DNA of 64,000 nucleotides from contig MU006104.1 of NCBI GenBank assembly GCA_010093705.1, positions 1-64,000 on the forward strand, written 5' to 3'. Both the position numbers and the translations under genes were made by a program. Origin of the DNA: Patellaria atrata CBS 101060 (Eukaryota). The first letter of the stretch is position 1. Each line of letters begins with the position of its first letter. The notes beneath the pieces were generated by a model. It searched no databases. It saw only the letters and a list, made by a program, of their open reading frames with translations, and was not told the DNA's origin. Below, in pieces: positions 23,837-37,700 of this stretch.

Positions 23837-26441
23837 TACTTAATCTATAACAGTAATATATATACAATACTTTAATGGGTTGTTGAGTTATACGCTTGTG
23901 GAGGTGCAGAAAGTTGCTGGGGCTGGCGTCTAGCTTGTACTGGCGACTCGCTTATAACCTACGTTACGAGTTTTTAGAAAGTTCAGTTTTCCCTCTTCAT
24001 AGGCGAACAAATCTAGAAATGGAAGTCACAATAACGCACGGACCATGATAAAATCTTGGCATATGAAAGGTCTACTCGTACGTGCCTCTCCCACAAAGGT
24101 GCAGTTCTTACTATGAATCCTGGTATCTTGCACAATATGTAGAGTATAGTAAAGACGTAGTGTAACTGCAATACGAAGTATGATAGCGTCCCTCGGGCGT
24201 AATCTCTTTGACTTGATTTCAACCAAACTCTCATTCTGTATCTCTTCTATTATCTTGACTCTCCTAGGTACTGTGTCGCTTCTAATCATGACTTCAATTC
24301 AATTTTGCACAAGTCAGTCATTTGTACCATAAGGCAGTCGTATTGTATAGTACAGTCATATCGTACAGTATAGTCATATTGTATAGGAGAAAAGAAACCC
24401 GTACCAACAGTCAATGCGTACTTTATATCAGTCATTTCGTGCGATGATCCATCCGTCGTGTTCCAGTCGGGTTATGGAAGTAGTTCAGTTTATGAGGACT
24501 TGCTACTAATGTCTACATACCTATCACTTTGTAAGGGGCAATCTTGTGCAAGTCGAGCATATCCAGTAAGCCCGAGATGCCATGACAGGGGACAGAATTG
24601 ACATAGACACTGATATAGAATGCGACATGTTTTGTGCCCAGAGCAACGATAGAGGTGTGGGCTCTTTCAGGACTCTGGGTATGTGTTGTGCGAGGTCGAT
24701 CTTTTTAGGTATTATGATGATGGAAGGAGAACTGAGGTCCTTGGTTTATCGAACGGTCTGATAGTTGAGTTTGAATTTTGGCATATCGGTGGCTTCTGCT
24801 GAGGGGTATCTTTTGAGATGATCTTCAGGTACGCGTCACGTGTTTCAAATGCGGTACTGGGGACAGACTCCCTTTAACTACAAGCTCTTCTGTTTTGTTA
24901 GTGCTATCCGAGCTCTCTTATTCCTTTATTGGTTATAAAGGGTTGGACTTTAGGTTCCCTGTTGCAATTGAGTGTACCCTACAACAGGTTTCACCTGTGA
25001 ATATACAATCGATCTGTGGAATTGGGGAGAGTCACTCCCAACAAGGGAAGAAATAATACCGTAGTATACACTATACAAATTCTCCTATAGTGGCGCAGAA
25101 CCTTGAACTGCCAGTCTCACCATGATGGTCTCGTACTCGAGCGAATGGATTACCGATCGCCCCTCTACTTTTCTCAGTTCATCATCTCGATTAAGTAGGA
25201 GATACAGACTTACAGTCAATAGTCGATAAGCAAAGGATGATGCTTGGTATAATAACTGGTAGCTCTATGAAGAGGCTGCTCCAGCGGCTAGTTGAGAATT
25301 TATTATAGATCGGTGTATAGGTGGTGACGTTGATAAGTGACCTTTTACGCCCACACTATTTTGAGGATGCGTCCTACTTGGGATGACTAGAACCAAAACA
25401 CGAAAGCACGGGTAACGGGAGAGCGCATAGCAGGGCTAAGATAGGCCGCTGGTCCTTGGAACTTGCGCATTCGTCGTCAGCCCCAAGGAAGCCATTCTTC
25501 ATGATTCTTGGCCGATGAAAAGGTTCATAAGAAAGCAAGTGAGATCTTTTGATGCTAAGTTCCAGGTTTGCGGCGAGATGAGTGTTGAGTGTTGCATATT
25601 GCGTAGTTGATATATGTAACCATCTCTTGCGCCTGTCTTGACCTGTCACACCTTCTCATACCTCTTCTCCTTTCCCCATCGCTTTCGATACGTTGCAGCA
25701 GGGCCAAGCTTGAAACATCAAACATTTATCGGAGAAAGAATTGGAGAACGAGGGTTAGACTCTTACGCCAAGGGCTAATCCTCAAGCATCTTTGCGGAAC
25801 TTGCGGTCTAGGATCACCATTCGCTTGAATCGTTCGTCATCAACCGAAGGTCCCTGGCGGCAGCACGGCAAAGACGACGGTCACGACCTCACGGTCCCCG
25901 ATACGCGGTCATTTTGTAAAAGGGAATGCGGGAGACGATCATCACACTCCAAGAATAACTACTGCACTGTGGCCCTTCATTGTTGATATTCTCTCCTTGA
26001 ATATTATTATTCGAAACCTCTTTCATACTCCAGCATCCAGTCCCTCGTTTTTGCTCATTCCATTTCCGTCTCGACATTTTTCTCAACACCTGCCCGGCCT
26101 TATAGCGGGCGCCACATTACGCACAACTGCAATCCGCCTCTTTCCGGGCTACGACGCATAGCAACAAGCGACATCGAATTCAATAATCGGAAGTCGCGAA
26201 GAGTTTAACTATTCGATATCACTTTTACCAATCTTGTCGAGAGAGGAACCTGGAATTATCCGGTCTTCTTGCTCATATTAAGATTAAGCTTGAGCGTTAT
26301 TGCTCACACCAGCCGGACGCAGCTTCCTTAGGTTTCGTTTCCCCGAAGATTATTCGCAAGGAAGGCTCGGTGTGGACACGCCATCTTCTTGTACATATTA
26401 ATATCTCACCCTATTCGATAGAGGTACCTACCTTATTCGAT

Positions 26442-29400
26442 ATGCCTCGCAATCGGGGTAAGTACTACCTTACAAAGATCCTCCCGCATCTGCACCTGCG
26501 TCTTACCACTGTTCTGGGCCTTCTGGCACCACACTTGTATCAGTACCTTAGTCCCTTCTTCAGCCTCGCATCATAGGTACTAATCTTTGCTCTTGTAACC
26601 CTTTAGTCCTCTCGTTTATCTCCACTTGGGGTACTGGCTCACCTGTCGAACTTCCTCCTTCACCTACAACGGCTCAGCCTCAAGGGCACCGTCAATCCGA
26701 AAAGCAACAGTCCACGCACGCGTTCGCTACCCCAATAACTCCCTCTGGCTCTACTATCAACCTCGAAAGCCTTGCTCGAGCTTCACCACCTATTACTGCA
26801 CAGCATCAGAGGTCAGATTCGCGCCCACCCTCAAGGCCTCTCTCAATGTTACAAACCTACCAACCCCCAATAATGGATGTCGCTCAGGATACGCTCCCTG
26901 AGTTGATGCCTATCTTTACCTACTTGAACAGTCATTCCAATAAACTGTACCAGGAGGGATACTTTCTGAAATTGCATGATCTCGATACCCGTAGGTAGTC
27001 CGAAGGTCAACTCGTGAAAATGTGTGCTTATTTAGTTAGGCGGACGACCCAGTCCAGACAGGACATGGACGGAATGCTTTGCACAATTGGTGGGCACAGT
27101 GTTGTCATTGTGGGATGCAAGCGCACTAGACGTCGCCGGGGAAGACGGAGAAGTGGTTCCTACATTCATCAATTTGGCAGATGCGTCAATCAAGATGGTT
27201 AGTCCTGACGCTTTCCCTACATATACAGAATCTTAACAGTAATTCAGATTGAATCCTTACCAATGAACGATGCGGGTGGACATAGTTTGCAGAACGTACT
27301 AAGCGTATCCACCGCGGCTAACAACCGTTACCTATTCCACTTTAACTCCCTCAATTCACTCACTCAATGGACAGCAGGTATACGACTGGCCATGTATGAG
27401 CATTCTACACTCCAGGAAGCATATACTGGCTCGCTCATTGCAGGCAAGGGCAAGTCACTAAATAATATCAAGACTATCATGGAGAGGACACGGTTCAAAT
27501 ATGAGGACTGGTGCCGTGTTCGTTTTGGAGCCGGAACACCATGGAGACGATGTTGGTGCGTCATTTCACCTCCCGACGAGAAAGAATATCAGAAGCTCCA
27601 GAAGACACTCAAAAAACGGCCGGTGTATGACCGATCTCCACTCATTCTAAAGGGTGATATGAAATTCTATGAAACGAGGAAGATCACGAAGAAAACAAGG
27701 CCCATCGCTACAATTTCGGATGCTTATTCTGCCTATGCGATATACCCCCAGTCAAAACCACTTATCGACCAATCTACCCTGGTTAAAGTTGAAGCAAGGA
27801 TTACCATCCACTCCTCTCCTGAATCTAGCACTGAAGGCTTTGTCTTCGTAATGCCAGAAAGTCACGCCGCAGTGACCGGCTTTGAGATCATGCTGCGGTT
27901 CCTATTCCCTGTATGGGATGTGTTCAACCTTTACGGTCGACCAAATAGGCTGATTGCAGAGGTCTTGGACACCCGAAGTCTGATGTTTGCTATGCCGAGA
28001 GAGCGGAGATATGGATACCTTGACGTCCTCGATGTTGCCAGTCTAATCCACTCGGATGGTGCAAGAACCTGGACCGAGAGAGAATGGAGAAAGGCAATGA
28101 AAGACCTCACAGCTAAACGTATGCTCGCAGCTCCTTCTAGAAATGGAAGTAGAAACGCGAGCCGCCGTAATACCATGAGCAGAACTAGCCTTCCTCCTTC
28201 TCGTGGTACTATGGTAAGAATTCACGAGTCTGAATCTGCAAGGTCGCAACCCTCCTCTCGACGGACATCTCCAGTTCGACAACCTGATATGCATAGCCCG
28301 CGTCGTGTTGATTCTGCGCCTCCTAATGTAATGGGTCATCCACTCCCAAAGCATCGCAGATCAGTATCTGAAGCGAACGGTTACAAGCTGTATCAAGCTG
28401 AAACACCGTCTAGACTCGCATATGGTGAGTCTACGGATGATTTTTCGAATGAGCCACCACCTCCTCCAGCACATGGTATTCCCTACGCAGGAAATGGATA
28501 TACTTCGAGTCCAGTTCGTGGAAGTTTCGACGTTGGCTCAGATAACGAGCGCATCACTCCAGAAGGCGAGCTGAGATCTCCACCGCCTATGCCACAAGTA
28601 GGAGCGGCAGCGGCATCAGCTCCTATGGTGGCTCCTGTTATATCGCCTCCTGCTTTCCAACATGCCCCTAGTCAACGACCACCTAATCAACCTTACCAAG
28701 CTCCAGAGCTGCGACGTGCTAATTCTCAGATGGATGCCGCCACCTTGAAACAACTCGCAGATGCCACCCATGCTCAGGTTCCCCCTAATATCGCAATCGC
28801 AGGTGCCGCTGCCGCCGCAGCTTGGAGGGCTAGCCCAGATGGCATGAGAAGCAATGGAGAGTATGATAGACAGTGGGAGGAAAGAGGACAGAGAGGAGTA
28901 ATTAATGACACAAATGACGCCACTGCGAGGGGCATGCATGCTGACGATTTTGCTTATCAACAAGGCATGGTAAATCCTCGATATGGGCACTCCCAGACTC
29001 GACAGTCCCAATCACGATTACCGACCATCCCCGCATCTCCCTATGTCAACCAATCCGAATATTCCCCTAACCGTCCCTCATTTCAGCCCTCCGCTGCACC
29101 TCTTTTTGAAGCATCTCAGCATCCACCACCCATCATAGCCGCGACGTCATTCAACACTCCTCCAACTTCTCCTATGCGAAAAGATCAGCGCAATCATCCA
29201 TCCCCAACTTTTAGTGTTCACCGTAAGCCCCTTCCTCCACGTATGTCTGTTGATTCTGTTTCCAATCCGAGTCTTGGTAGTCTACCGTATGTAGACCCAG
29301 ATGAACTTGATAAGTTGCCTCGTCATTCTCTTAAGAAAGCTCCGAGTCAGTCCAGCAGCGTTTATGATGATGAAAGTGTTGCGACACCAGATTATGCCAG

Positions 29401-30416
29401 TACGAAAAGTTCTGGAACGAAGAAATCAGTTGAAAGACCGCGCGCAGGTGTCTTGAAAACCGTAGGGATATCAGAACCTCAGCTTCCACCGGATGTGGTA
29501 GTCGGTGATGCTACCTATGGAATTAAGCCAGCCCAAGAAGTCTCACCTGATTTGCCTACTGTCGATTTTGGGCCTACCTATTCCTTGGCACCTGATCGGC
29601 CTCGTCCAAGTACCAGTGGTACCATCACACAGACTTCTCATGATAATAGGCACTCTTACGTTGCGCACGAACGGAGAAATTCTAGAAATAGTGAACGTGG
29701 CTCTCCTCGTCCAAACACACCTGGTACACCCGGCCGTGAAGAGCGTCGTTCTATGCTATGGCAACCTGGTCTTGCTATGACCTCTAATATAGCTATAAAT
29801 AGACGTTCATTCAATGCCGAGGAATGGGTGCAGCAACGCGCTGCCGCTGCTTCACAACCGCGTCTATCACCAACACCTAACCACCTTCGTAACATGTCTC
29901 AAGGGAATCCTATTTCTCGTACACCTTCAGGCGACTGGTCCCATTCCCGTAGTCCGAGTCGCACACCACCCAGCAGACCGCACTCCCGTGGCGCATCTCA
30001 AGTTCTTTTACAGCACTCTCCAGGCCTAGTTGAAAATCATAGTCCGAAACTAAGCGCACGGGAGCAGGAATACGTCTCCCGAGTCACCGGTTCTCCTCTC
30101 ATCCAACTCGAGCACGACGCAAAGAACACCCCCCAACGTCCCAAATCCGCCGGTTTGATCGGTGCCCTCGAACAACGTCAACACGAGAAAGAGCAAGCGA
30201 TGAGAGGCAGTCGTACCTCGGTCGTACAAGACGCCATCCAACGCCAGCAACAACAAATGCAGATGGAGCAGCTCCAAGCTCGAGCTCACGCGATGAGGTA
30301 TCAGCAGCAGCAGAACTATGTTCTCGCGCCGGGCGTCTCGCCGTATGGAATGCCGAATCCGTATGCTGCGCAGCAGGGGAGCTATTTCCCGAATCCGGCG
30401 TTACAACAGCAGCAGC

Positions 30417-30450
<34 letters not shown>

Positions 30451-30598
30451 GATCGCCATGATGCAACAGCAGCAGCAGGAGCATCAACATGGGAGGGCAC
30501 AGAGTCAACCGGGACTTTGGCAGCAGCAGGCTGGTGAGGCGCCGAGGCAAGCGTACGGCGCGAGTTATTTTGCGAATCAGGGACAGAGTCGGGAGTGA
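26442..30598 (+). CDS. Skg3/Caf120-like PH-domain protein with disordered and poly-Q C-terminus (4 exons)
   Basis: Exon 1 MPRNR, intron 26458-26606, then VLSFISTWG...PELMPIFTYLNSHSNKLYQEGYFLKLHDLD, WTECFAQLVGTVLSLWDA, NVLSVSTAANNRYLFHFNS, EDWCRVRFGAGTPWRRCW. Confidence 0.88.
30404..30451 (+). repeat. CAA/CAG trinucleotide tract (poly-Q, 16 codons)
   Basis: Directly visible within the CDS. Confidence 0.95.
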
Positions 30599-31371
30599 TG
30601 GGCTAGTGAGACTAGATTCGATGAGCGTCAGGCTCTTCGTAATCACCTCTTGACGTTAGACTCCCGAGGCATTATCTCGTAATTTGAGTTTTTTTTTTTT
30701 CCTTTTTCTGCTTGATAGAGGGATATGTGCATTTCCGGCGTTTTATGAGGTTTCATTGAGGTTGGGAAGGATGCATAGTTTATTTGTATTATAGGAATAG
30801 GAATATGAATGTTTAATGGTCTATGAACCCCTTCTTAAGCTACCTTGTGCGATTCACGATGAGTGAAAAGTGGGAAAATCGATATCGTCTGGTAGAGTGG
30901 GGAGACGCTGATACTGTACTGGACTGTACAATAGCCATTGCGGATACGCCAAGATGGAAACCTTATCTATTGTGCACGACGGGAAGACTCGTCATCTAGA
31001 ACGGCGGGGAGAAACGAAGACATTCTGCGAATGCAAAAACATAACATGCAAGAAGCGATATAAGTAACCCGTTCCTCGGGTGTCCGAGAGACGGAAGATA
31101 TGCAGAAGAGGTATAACGAAGCCTTCAGTTCAACGGACAACAAAGGACCGATGCAAAACGGGGGGAAGAAAAAAAAAAGAAAAAGAAAAAACGGTATAAG
31201 TGCTCAAAAGCACAGAAGAGAAGAGGAAAAGAAGTAGGAGGGAAGAAGCAAGACGCCGACTGAATGCGTAAAGACAAAACCCCATAAATGCTACCATATA
31301 TCCGACTTTGAACAAAGAGCAAAAAGGACCCATCCAAGAAAAACGTGCAGAGGTGTAAGAAGGGGGGATTA

Positions 31372-32854
31372 TCAGGGCCACCATCCGACGCGCTTATAAC
31401 TCTCTATTATATCCTCGATCTCCTCTTTCGTCAGTGTGAGATGCTTATACCTATACACCACAATTAGCTCAAACCCTTCCTCCTTCTCTCCACACACCTC
31501 CTCCCAACTGCAGGATTGGACTCACTTGAACCCAGTCTCACGCTCGAATAACCCCCCGTCCAGACTCAAATCCGTATCCTTCAACAGCTCCTTCTCCAGA
31601 AACGGACTCAGGGGCGTCGCCGCCGATATGCCCGCCGCTTGGTTAAGCTCGGCCCAGGGGTCCAAGGTCTCGTCGTTGACGTCGTCGACGACGTGGTCGA
31701 GGTTCATGCGCGCGAAGGTCGAGATCAGGGTTCCCTGGAAGCCCGTGGGGATGTTGAAGGTGGCGTGGATGAGATCGGCCATTGTGCCTTGGGCTGATAT
31801 GCGGGTCGTTGGTTAGTCACGTGCTGTGTGTGTCTAAATAGGAGGTGTATCATTTCTGAGGGGCAGGGAAGGATGGGAACGCACAAGTATTCCCATGATC
31901 GACTATATTGAAAACGGGCGTCTGCTTCCTCGGTCCGACTTTCCTGTACCACTCCGCCGCCGTCCACAGCGCGCTGGCCACGTCCTCCACGTGCACGGTG
32001 TTAGTCCGCAAATCGCGGTCCCAGAGCCACTTCATCTCTTCGCCGAGGCTCTGGTACACGCGCGCCATGCACAGCGCCGTGGCGACGTACTTCCGCGTAT
32101 ACGGGCCATACACGTGCGCCATCCTCAGCACGACGAGGTTGAGCCCCTCCATTTTGCCCAGGTCCTCCTCGGCCTGGAGTTTCCACTTCGCGAGCTTCAT
32201 CCACGGCTTCAGCTTGTCGGTTTCCCGCCGCGGCTGGCTGTCCGGCTTGTACACCATACCGGTGCTGCATTCGACGAAGGCTTTGACCCCGCGGCGGGCG
32301 GCTTCGGCGCCGACGGCGAGGGAGAGCGCGTGCGAGCGCGCTTTGTAGACTTCGTCTTCTTGCGAGTAGCGCGTTTCGCCGCCGCAGTTGAAGACGTAGT
32401 CGAATTCTCTGCCCGACGCGCGGTCGAAGATGCGGGAGAGGGATTCTGCTCTGAGGTTCAGTATGAAGACGGCATGCGTGTGTGAATCGGGCTTTGGAGA
32501 AGAGGCATACGCTGTCTAGAGGCATCGGCCTGCATGAACTTGTCCTTCGAGCATGCCTCCGCGAACTCTGGCGCCAGCCATGCCAGGTCCGGTAGTTGCT
32601 TGTCTACCAACCTCACCTCGGACGCGAGACTGTTCTGGTGGATGTGGAGGGCGAGGAAGCGACCGACGTAGCCTACGGTATGGCGAATGGGTTTGCGTCA
32701 GTATGGATTTTTGGCGGGATATGGGAGTCCGTTTTAGGTTCTTCCTTAGGGCTCGGGACTCAGGTAGGGCTTTGGACTTACCCAGACCTCCAATTACCAG
32801 TACAGCCGGCTTCTCACTACCAGCCGACGCGGGGTCACCGGCAGTGTCGCCCAT
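31372..32854 (-). CDS. NAD(P)-dependent epimerase/dehydratase (extended SDR) family protein, multi-exon
   Basis: PAVLVIGGLG Rossmann start, FDYVFNCGGETRYSQ, LRMAHVYGPY, TVHVEDVASALW; last exon YKHLTLTKEEIEDIIESYKRVGWWP* with canonical splice sites. Confidence 0.85.
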
Positions 32855-33467
32855 GCTCAATTAAGGCGGGAAGCGGCTTGGGGAAGTTGCAAGGACTCGG
32901 CTGTATGTAAGACCAAGGGTGTGTATAGTCTATTTGATCGTCTATCGTCTTTTCGTTGTCAAGGAGTTGAAAGTCGAGAAAGGGGACGGTAGCAGTATTT
33001 ATCGAAAAGATTCCTATATAAAAGTAATCTGTGAGGTTAATGTCATGTATGATGTGACGGGGTCGCGGGAAGGAGACTGTGCAGAGCGGAAAGGATCCCT
33101 TTAACCAGGACAAGGGGCGCAAAAGTGGGAAAAATCCAAAAGAATGGCAGGCTTTATATATAAAATAGGAAATTGAAATTCCCCGGCGTACGTTCTGGTG
33201 GCTTGCGATCATGGGTGTAGACCAAGAAAGCTTAAAAGGGGGAACTGACCAGTGCAGTTCCGGAGGTAACAATACCTTACAGATTGTATACAAGTACCTT
33301 ACTTTGCCCTGTATTTGTCTGTTGAACCCGCGGGGGGGGGAAGTGAGTACCTGGCTATGTAGGAATCCTTATTGGGTTGCAGACAAGGTTCCTTAAAGCC
33401 TCTATGTAATGGTGATAAGATTGTATGGGGACGTGCATGGCTTGGAAGAAATACAGCAACACTTGGT

Positions 33468-33514
33468 ATTTGTACTGTACTTTTGTACTGTACTTTTGTA
33501 CTGTACTTTTGTAC
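33468..33514. repeat. 13-bp tandem repeat (TTTTGTACTGTAC, about 3.5 copies)
   Basis: Directly visible. Confidence 0.85.
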
Positions 33515-34482
33515 CATGACTCTCACCATCTTAGTGATGATCCCATCCCATCCCCTTCCTCACAAACATCGTCGTATTCAACTCCACCTAAAGCAACTCT
33601 CCCATCCAAAAAACGCCCCTGAACTCTCTACACCAAGTCCACAACCCCCTAATTGGTCTCCCCTCTTCACTTAACGGGCACAACTTCAGCGGGGAACGGG
33701 AGCGGCGTAAGAAGAAGGCAACAAGCCCCAGCTACCCAATCTGAACAACACCCAGATCACATGAGATCCATACCTGCCAAAATCCTTTCCCACCTTCCCC
33801 CTCGAACTCGTGGCGGAAAATTCGCAGTGACACCAATCCCATCTCCGTGGCTCACTTGCTCCCATACACCAGAAAGTTGTGGACACTCGTTGCACAAACG
33901 CTCTGCTTCTCATTTCCCCTTCGTCTGTTGCGGATCCTGAAGTATCAAGCATCTCTGTCTGCAAAGCCATTCATAACATTCAGACTTAGTAGTGCCGGTA
34001 GTACCATCCACCCCCCACCAAAACTCGCAGAACTTCAACGGGGGTAAAGATGAAAAAAAAAAAGCGCGGGATATTCCCGATTATGGGAAATGAGGCTTAC
34101 GACCCCTACACCTATGACCAGGCTACCACAACTCAACGGATTTCACTCGGACGGGTTTCTCCCAAGCGGCAAACCCTGCTCAGACACACCCATTCGGTAA
34201 TCCTCAAGTCCAGATAGTCCCAAAAGGGTCATAGAGAGCGTGACACAAGGCATAATCAAACATCTTTTGTTGCATATGACAAGGCAAGCAAGATCACCAA
34301 CGGATACTTGCAGAGAAACCGCCCCTCGCGAATCTCTTACGACATTGAAAGGACAGCCATGCAATAGTTGATCTATCCTAATGCTATATGCCAAGCTCGA
34401 GCCACCGCTGCGAACTGTATGCAATCCCTGGGGGGCTAATGGACCGTCCCGCCTGCAAGCCGACCACTTGAGCAGAAGCTTA

Positions 34483-34518
34483 GACCTAGTTTGGACCTGG
34501 TTTGGATCTAGTTTGGAC
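34483..34518. repeat. 11-bp tandem repeat (GACCTAGTTTG-like, 3 copies)
   Basis: gacctagtttg gacctggtttg gatctagtttg gac. Confidence 0.75.
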
Positions 34519-34766
34519 TGCAGAAGAAATCTCTAGAGAGTTAACATGTGTCATTTCCAAACTTGACCTAACCGCCCAGTTCAAGACCATCTTTCCCCTC
34601 ACCGCTAACTGCCATGGAACACAGCAAAGCCCAGGAATTAAAACGCCCCGGGCAAAACATATGCACAAGAATGTTTTGGGTGAAGGGTTGAGAAATCGGA
34701 TGTAGACGCAGAGATGCATTTGAAGTGGTATATCGGACGTCGTAGATGATCAATGAGGTAAGCTGC

Positions 34767-37700
34767 CTAGAACTCCCAATCTTCGTCGACGGATTTCATC
34801 GCCCAGTCGAATTTCTCGCGAAGAGTCTTTGAGAAGAATCTCTCAATCGGAACGTTGAATTTCTTGGAGAAGACGACGGTGAGACGAGGATCAATGTAGT
34901 TCTATCTATATTAGTATCAACACTCTCGGAGTAGTGTATGAGGTAACTCACAATCTTGGAAGTGCCTAAGGCTACTTCCTTGTTGTTATCCTTATCTTCG
35001 ACCTTGATCTTGTCATTCTCAATCCGTTGCTGTAGCTTCACGATGGCAGCCTCGAGCTTTTCAATAGAAGGGCCCTTGCCCTCGGCTTCGATTTTGCCAG
35101 TCTTGTTCTCTTTCTTGAACTTCTTCTCCAATTCGTCGACAGTCTCAAGACGCTCCTCAAGCTCCTTGGCCTTCATTTCTTTCTCCCCGTTCGCCTTTCG
35201 AATTTCATTTTCCTTTTCGAATTTTTTCGTGATTTTGACTTTTAGTGTTTCAATCTCGGAAGCTTGGTATTCCCGTATCCATTCTTGGGTGATGCCTTCG
35301 GGCAACTCGAAATACTCTGCGCCCTTTTTCTTCTTCAATTTAGGATCCAGATTGAGCATCTGTTGCTTGCACCTCCATTGGTTGTAACGATGACCATCGA
35401 TCTAAGGGATGTAAGTTAAGGACTTTTCAAAGGACATCGGAGAATTACCTGTCTCTGCATTTTCTCAATCTGTGCACCATGGCTTGCGGCGACAGTACGT
35501 TTGTGGTTACAGAGAATTGCGACTTGGCGATTTGCTGCGTTATATTCGGCCACCTTCTCATTGATATTGGGATTGGGTTTCATCTCTTTGAGGAGCCTAG
35601 ACATGGTCCATGAAGCGTTGTAGGTACGAAACACTTTTGCAGTAAGACCTTTCATGTAGCTGGTTAGGTGATTGTTGAGCCGGGAGGTCTGGAGTTGTTA
35701 GTGTGATTCTAAAAGTTCTCGAATCGCTACTCACGGTAAGTCGATCGAAAATCTCGTCGCCCTCAGTCTTAGGTGCCTTCTTGAAGATTTTGAGATTTTT
35801 AAATACCTGTGGATCAACTTCCACTTCATCATAGAACCGAATACTATCTTTACCGAGAAAGTCAAAGATGACCTTGTTCGGAGGTTTCAACGTGACGTGC
35901 TCATACTTCAATGAGCAACAACCAACTGTATCAGCTTCATCTTTGTCCTTTTCATTACCAGCACGAAGAGCGAATTGATCGATGAGATAGATAGCAGTTG
36001 CACGTTGGCGATCAGCCATAACTTCCGACTTTAGATCTCTTCGATAATCTTTTCGAATCCGATCAATGTGTTTCTTTAGCTCCCTAGCTTTTTCAAACTT
36101 GTTGTAGTCGCTTTGACCCTTGATGTCGGAATTGGCTGCTAACATGACATATTTGTAAGCGTTGTTGATATTTTCTTGCCACATTGCAAGCCAAGTTCCT
36201 TCCTGATCATGCTTGATTTCTTTCCACTTATGACCAGGTGGCGGAGGTGGAACGTTTGCCTCCTTGCCAATGTTGATGGTAATCTGTTCTGGTAAGACTC
36301 TCTGCTTGACCTTGCCGGTTTTGGGGTGCTCTCCACGACCTCTGAAGAGACCTGGAGGTTCCACCCGGAAGTTTCCAACCTTTTGCTTGCGGCCATCCCA
36401 TGTGCAATACATGTAAGGTGCTTCGGCTGCATCCTTTGCTGCCTTGATAGCTTTCTTCTCAGCAGCTGGAATTGCCTTTTTCGCCGCACGTTCCGCTTCG
36501 TAGTGTTCGAAAATGGGTCTGAAATCACATTTCTCAAACGAAGTGATCTTGACCTTATTTCCATCCCTATCCTTTGCATGACCAGTCTTGTCTAGAATAG
36601 CCCTGAAATCAGTGAAGAAATTCTGGTTGAAGGTCGGGTTCTCGACGTTGTGAGTGGAATTGAGCATGGATCCGTAGAATGTGGAAACTTCTTCTGCATC
36701 TTTATGCATGAATACGGGCTTTCCATCATAGAGCATCTTGGCGTTGTTGGGAAGTGGAGTGAATTCAGGTGGAAATGTGACTCCGTTATGCTCTAGAGTT
36801 GTCCACTTCTTCGTACCATCACCCTTCGTTGGATCTTCCCACCATCGGTACTGATCTTCTTCAGCCTCGGCCTCGAGATCCTGCTCTGTTTGCTCTTCCT
36901 GTTTGATACCTTTCTTGGCCTTTTTCGCAGGGGTACTTGGCTCAGCTTTTGCTTTGATCTTTTTCGCGGGTGCTGCTTTACGGCTGAGGGGAACATCGTC
37001 ATCGTCTGATTCCTCTTCCTTCACACCATTTGTAGCCTTCTTGCGAGCAGGGGTAGCTTTTGACTTTCTCGAAAGTGGAACATCATCATCATCACTCTCG
37101 GATTCTACCTTTTTCGCCTTTCGCTTTGCGGGAGCAGCCTTCTTCTCCTCTAAACGAATAGCCTTAGCTTGTTTTTCAGCTGTCTTTTCAATCTGCTGCT
37201 TCTTTTTTTGCAATTTTTCTCCGATTGGAACGTCCGAGTCTTCCGATTCTCCAATCTGCGCCGCAGTTACTTTAGGTGGCTTTTTGGCGTGAATGAGGGG
37301 TTCGTCGCTCATTTCAGAGTCAGATCCCGATAAGACTTTCGCCTCTTTTGAAATCTTTTGCCGCTTGCTCTAATGAGGAGTCAGTGGTCCACATTTCGTA
37401 ACATATCCTACGGGTAACGAACCAAAGGGATATCATCATCTTCCTCTGAAGTAGTTGCTTCCTTATAACTCTTGCCATTCGTAATGCTAGAACGAGACTT
37501 GCGCTTCCCATTCGTGATTGCCTTGCCATTTGGAGCTTCATCTACCTCCATTTCCTCTACTGGTCCATTCCGTATTGAGACACCTGGCTCCACTTCGCCA
37601 TTCGAGGGAGCCACTTTGTCCATAGCTTTGTCTACTGCCTTGGTAATGCGGTTATTCGATTTTGAAACTATGCAGAGCGCCAGGTATCAGTCGGTTGCTC

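Larger units (their letters stand above)
22518..23964 (+). mobile_element. Fot1/Pogo-family (Tc1/mariner) DNA transposon with 25-bp perfect TIRs and a TA target duplication
   Basis: TIR ACGTAGGTTATAAGCGAGTCGCCAG at 22518-22542 and its reverse complement at 23940-23964; TA at 22516-17 and 23965-66; spans an N gap. Confidence 0.95.

Noticed and set aside
23393..23875. ORFs running through X residues
   Set aside because: Artefacts of the 250-N gap.
31895..32525. Long overlapping and antisense ORFs here and over RPP1, the BAH gene and hxnX
   Set aside because: Expected shadow frames of GC-rich coding sequence; no motifs.
33800..34110. RNase P/MRP or telomerase RNA (GGCGGAAAATTCG and ATGAGGCTTAC resemble conserved regions)
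   Set aside because: No complementary P4 partner and no TAACCCTAA template found by eye; an Rfam scan would be needed.
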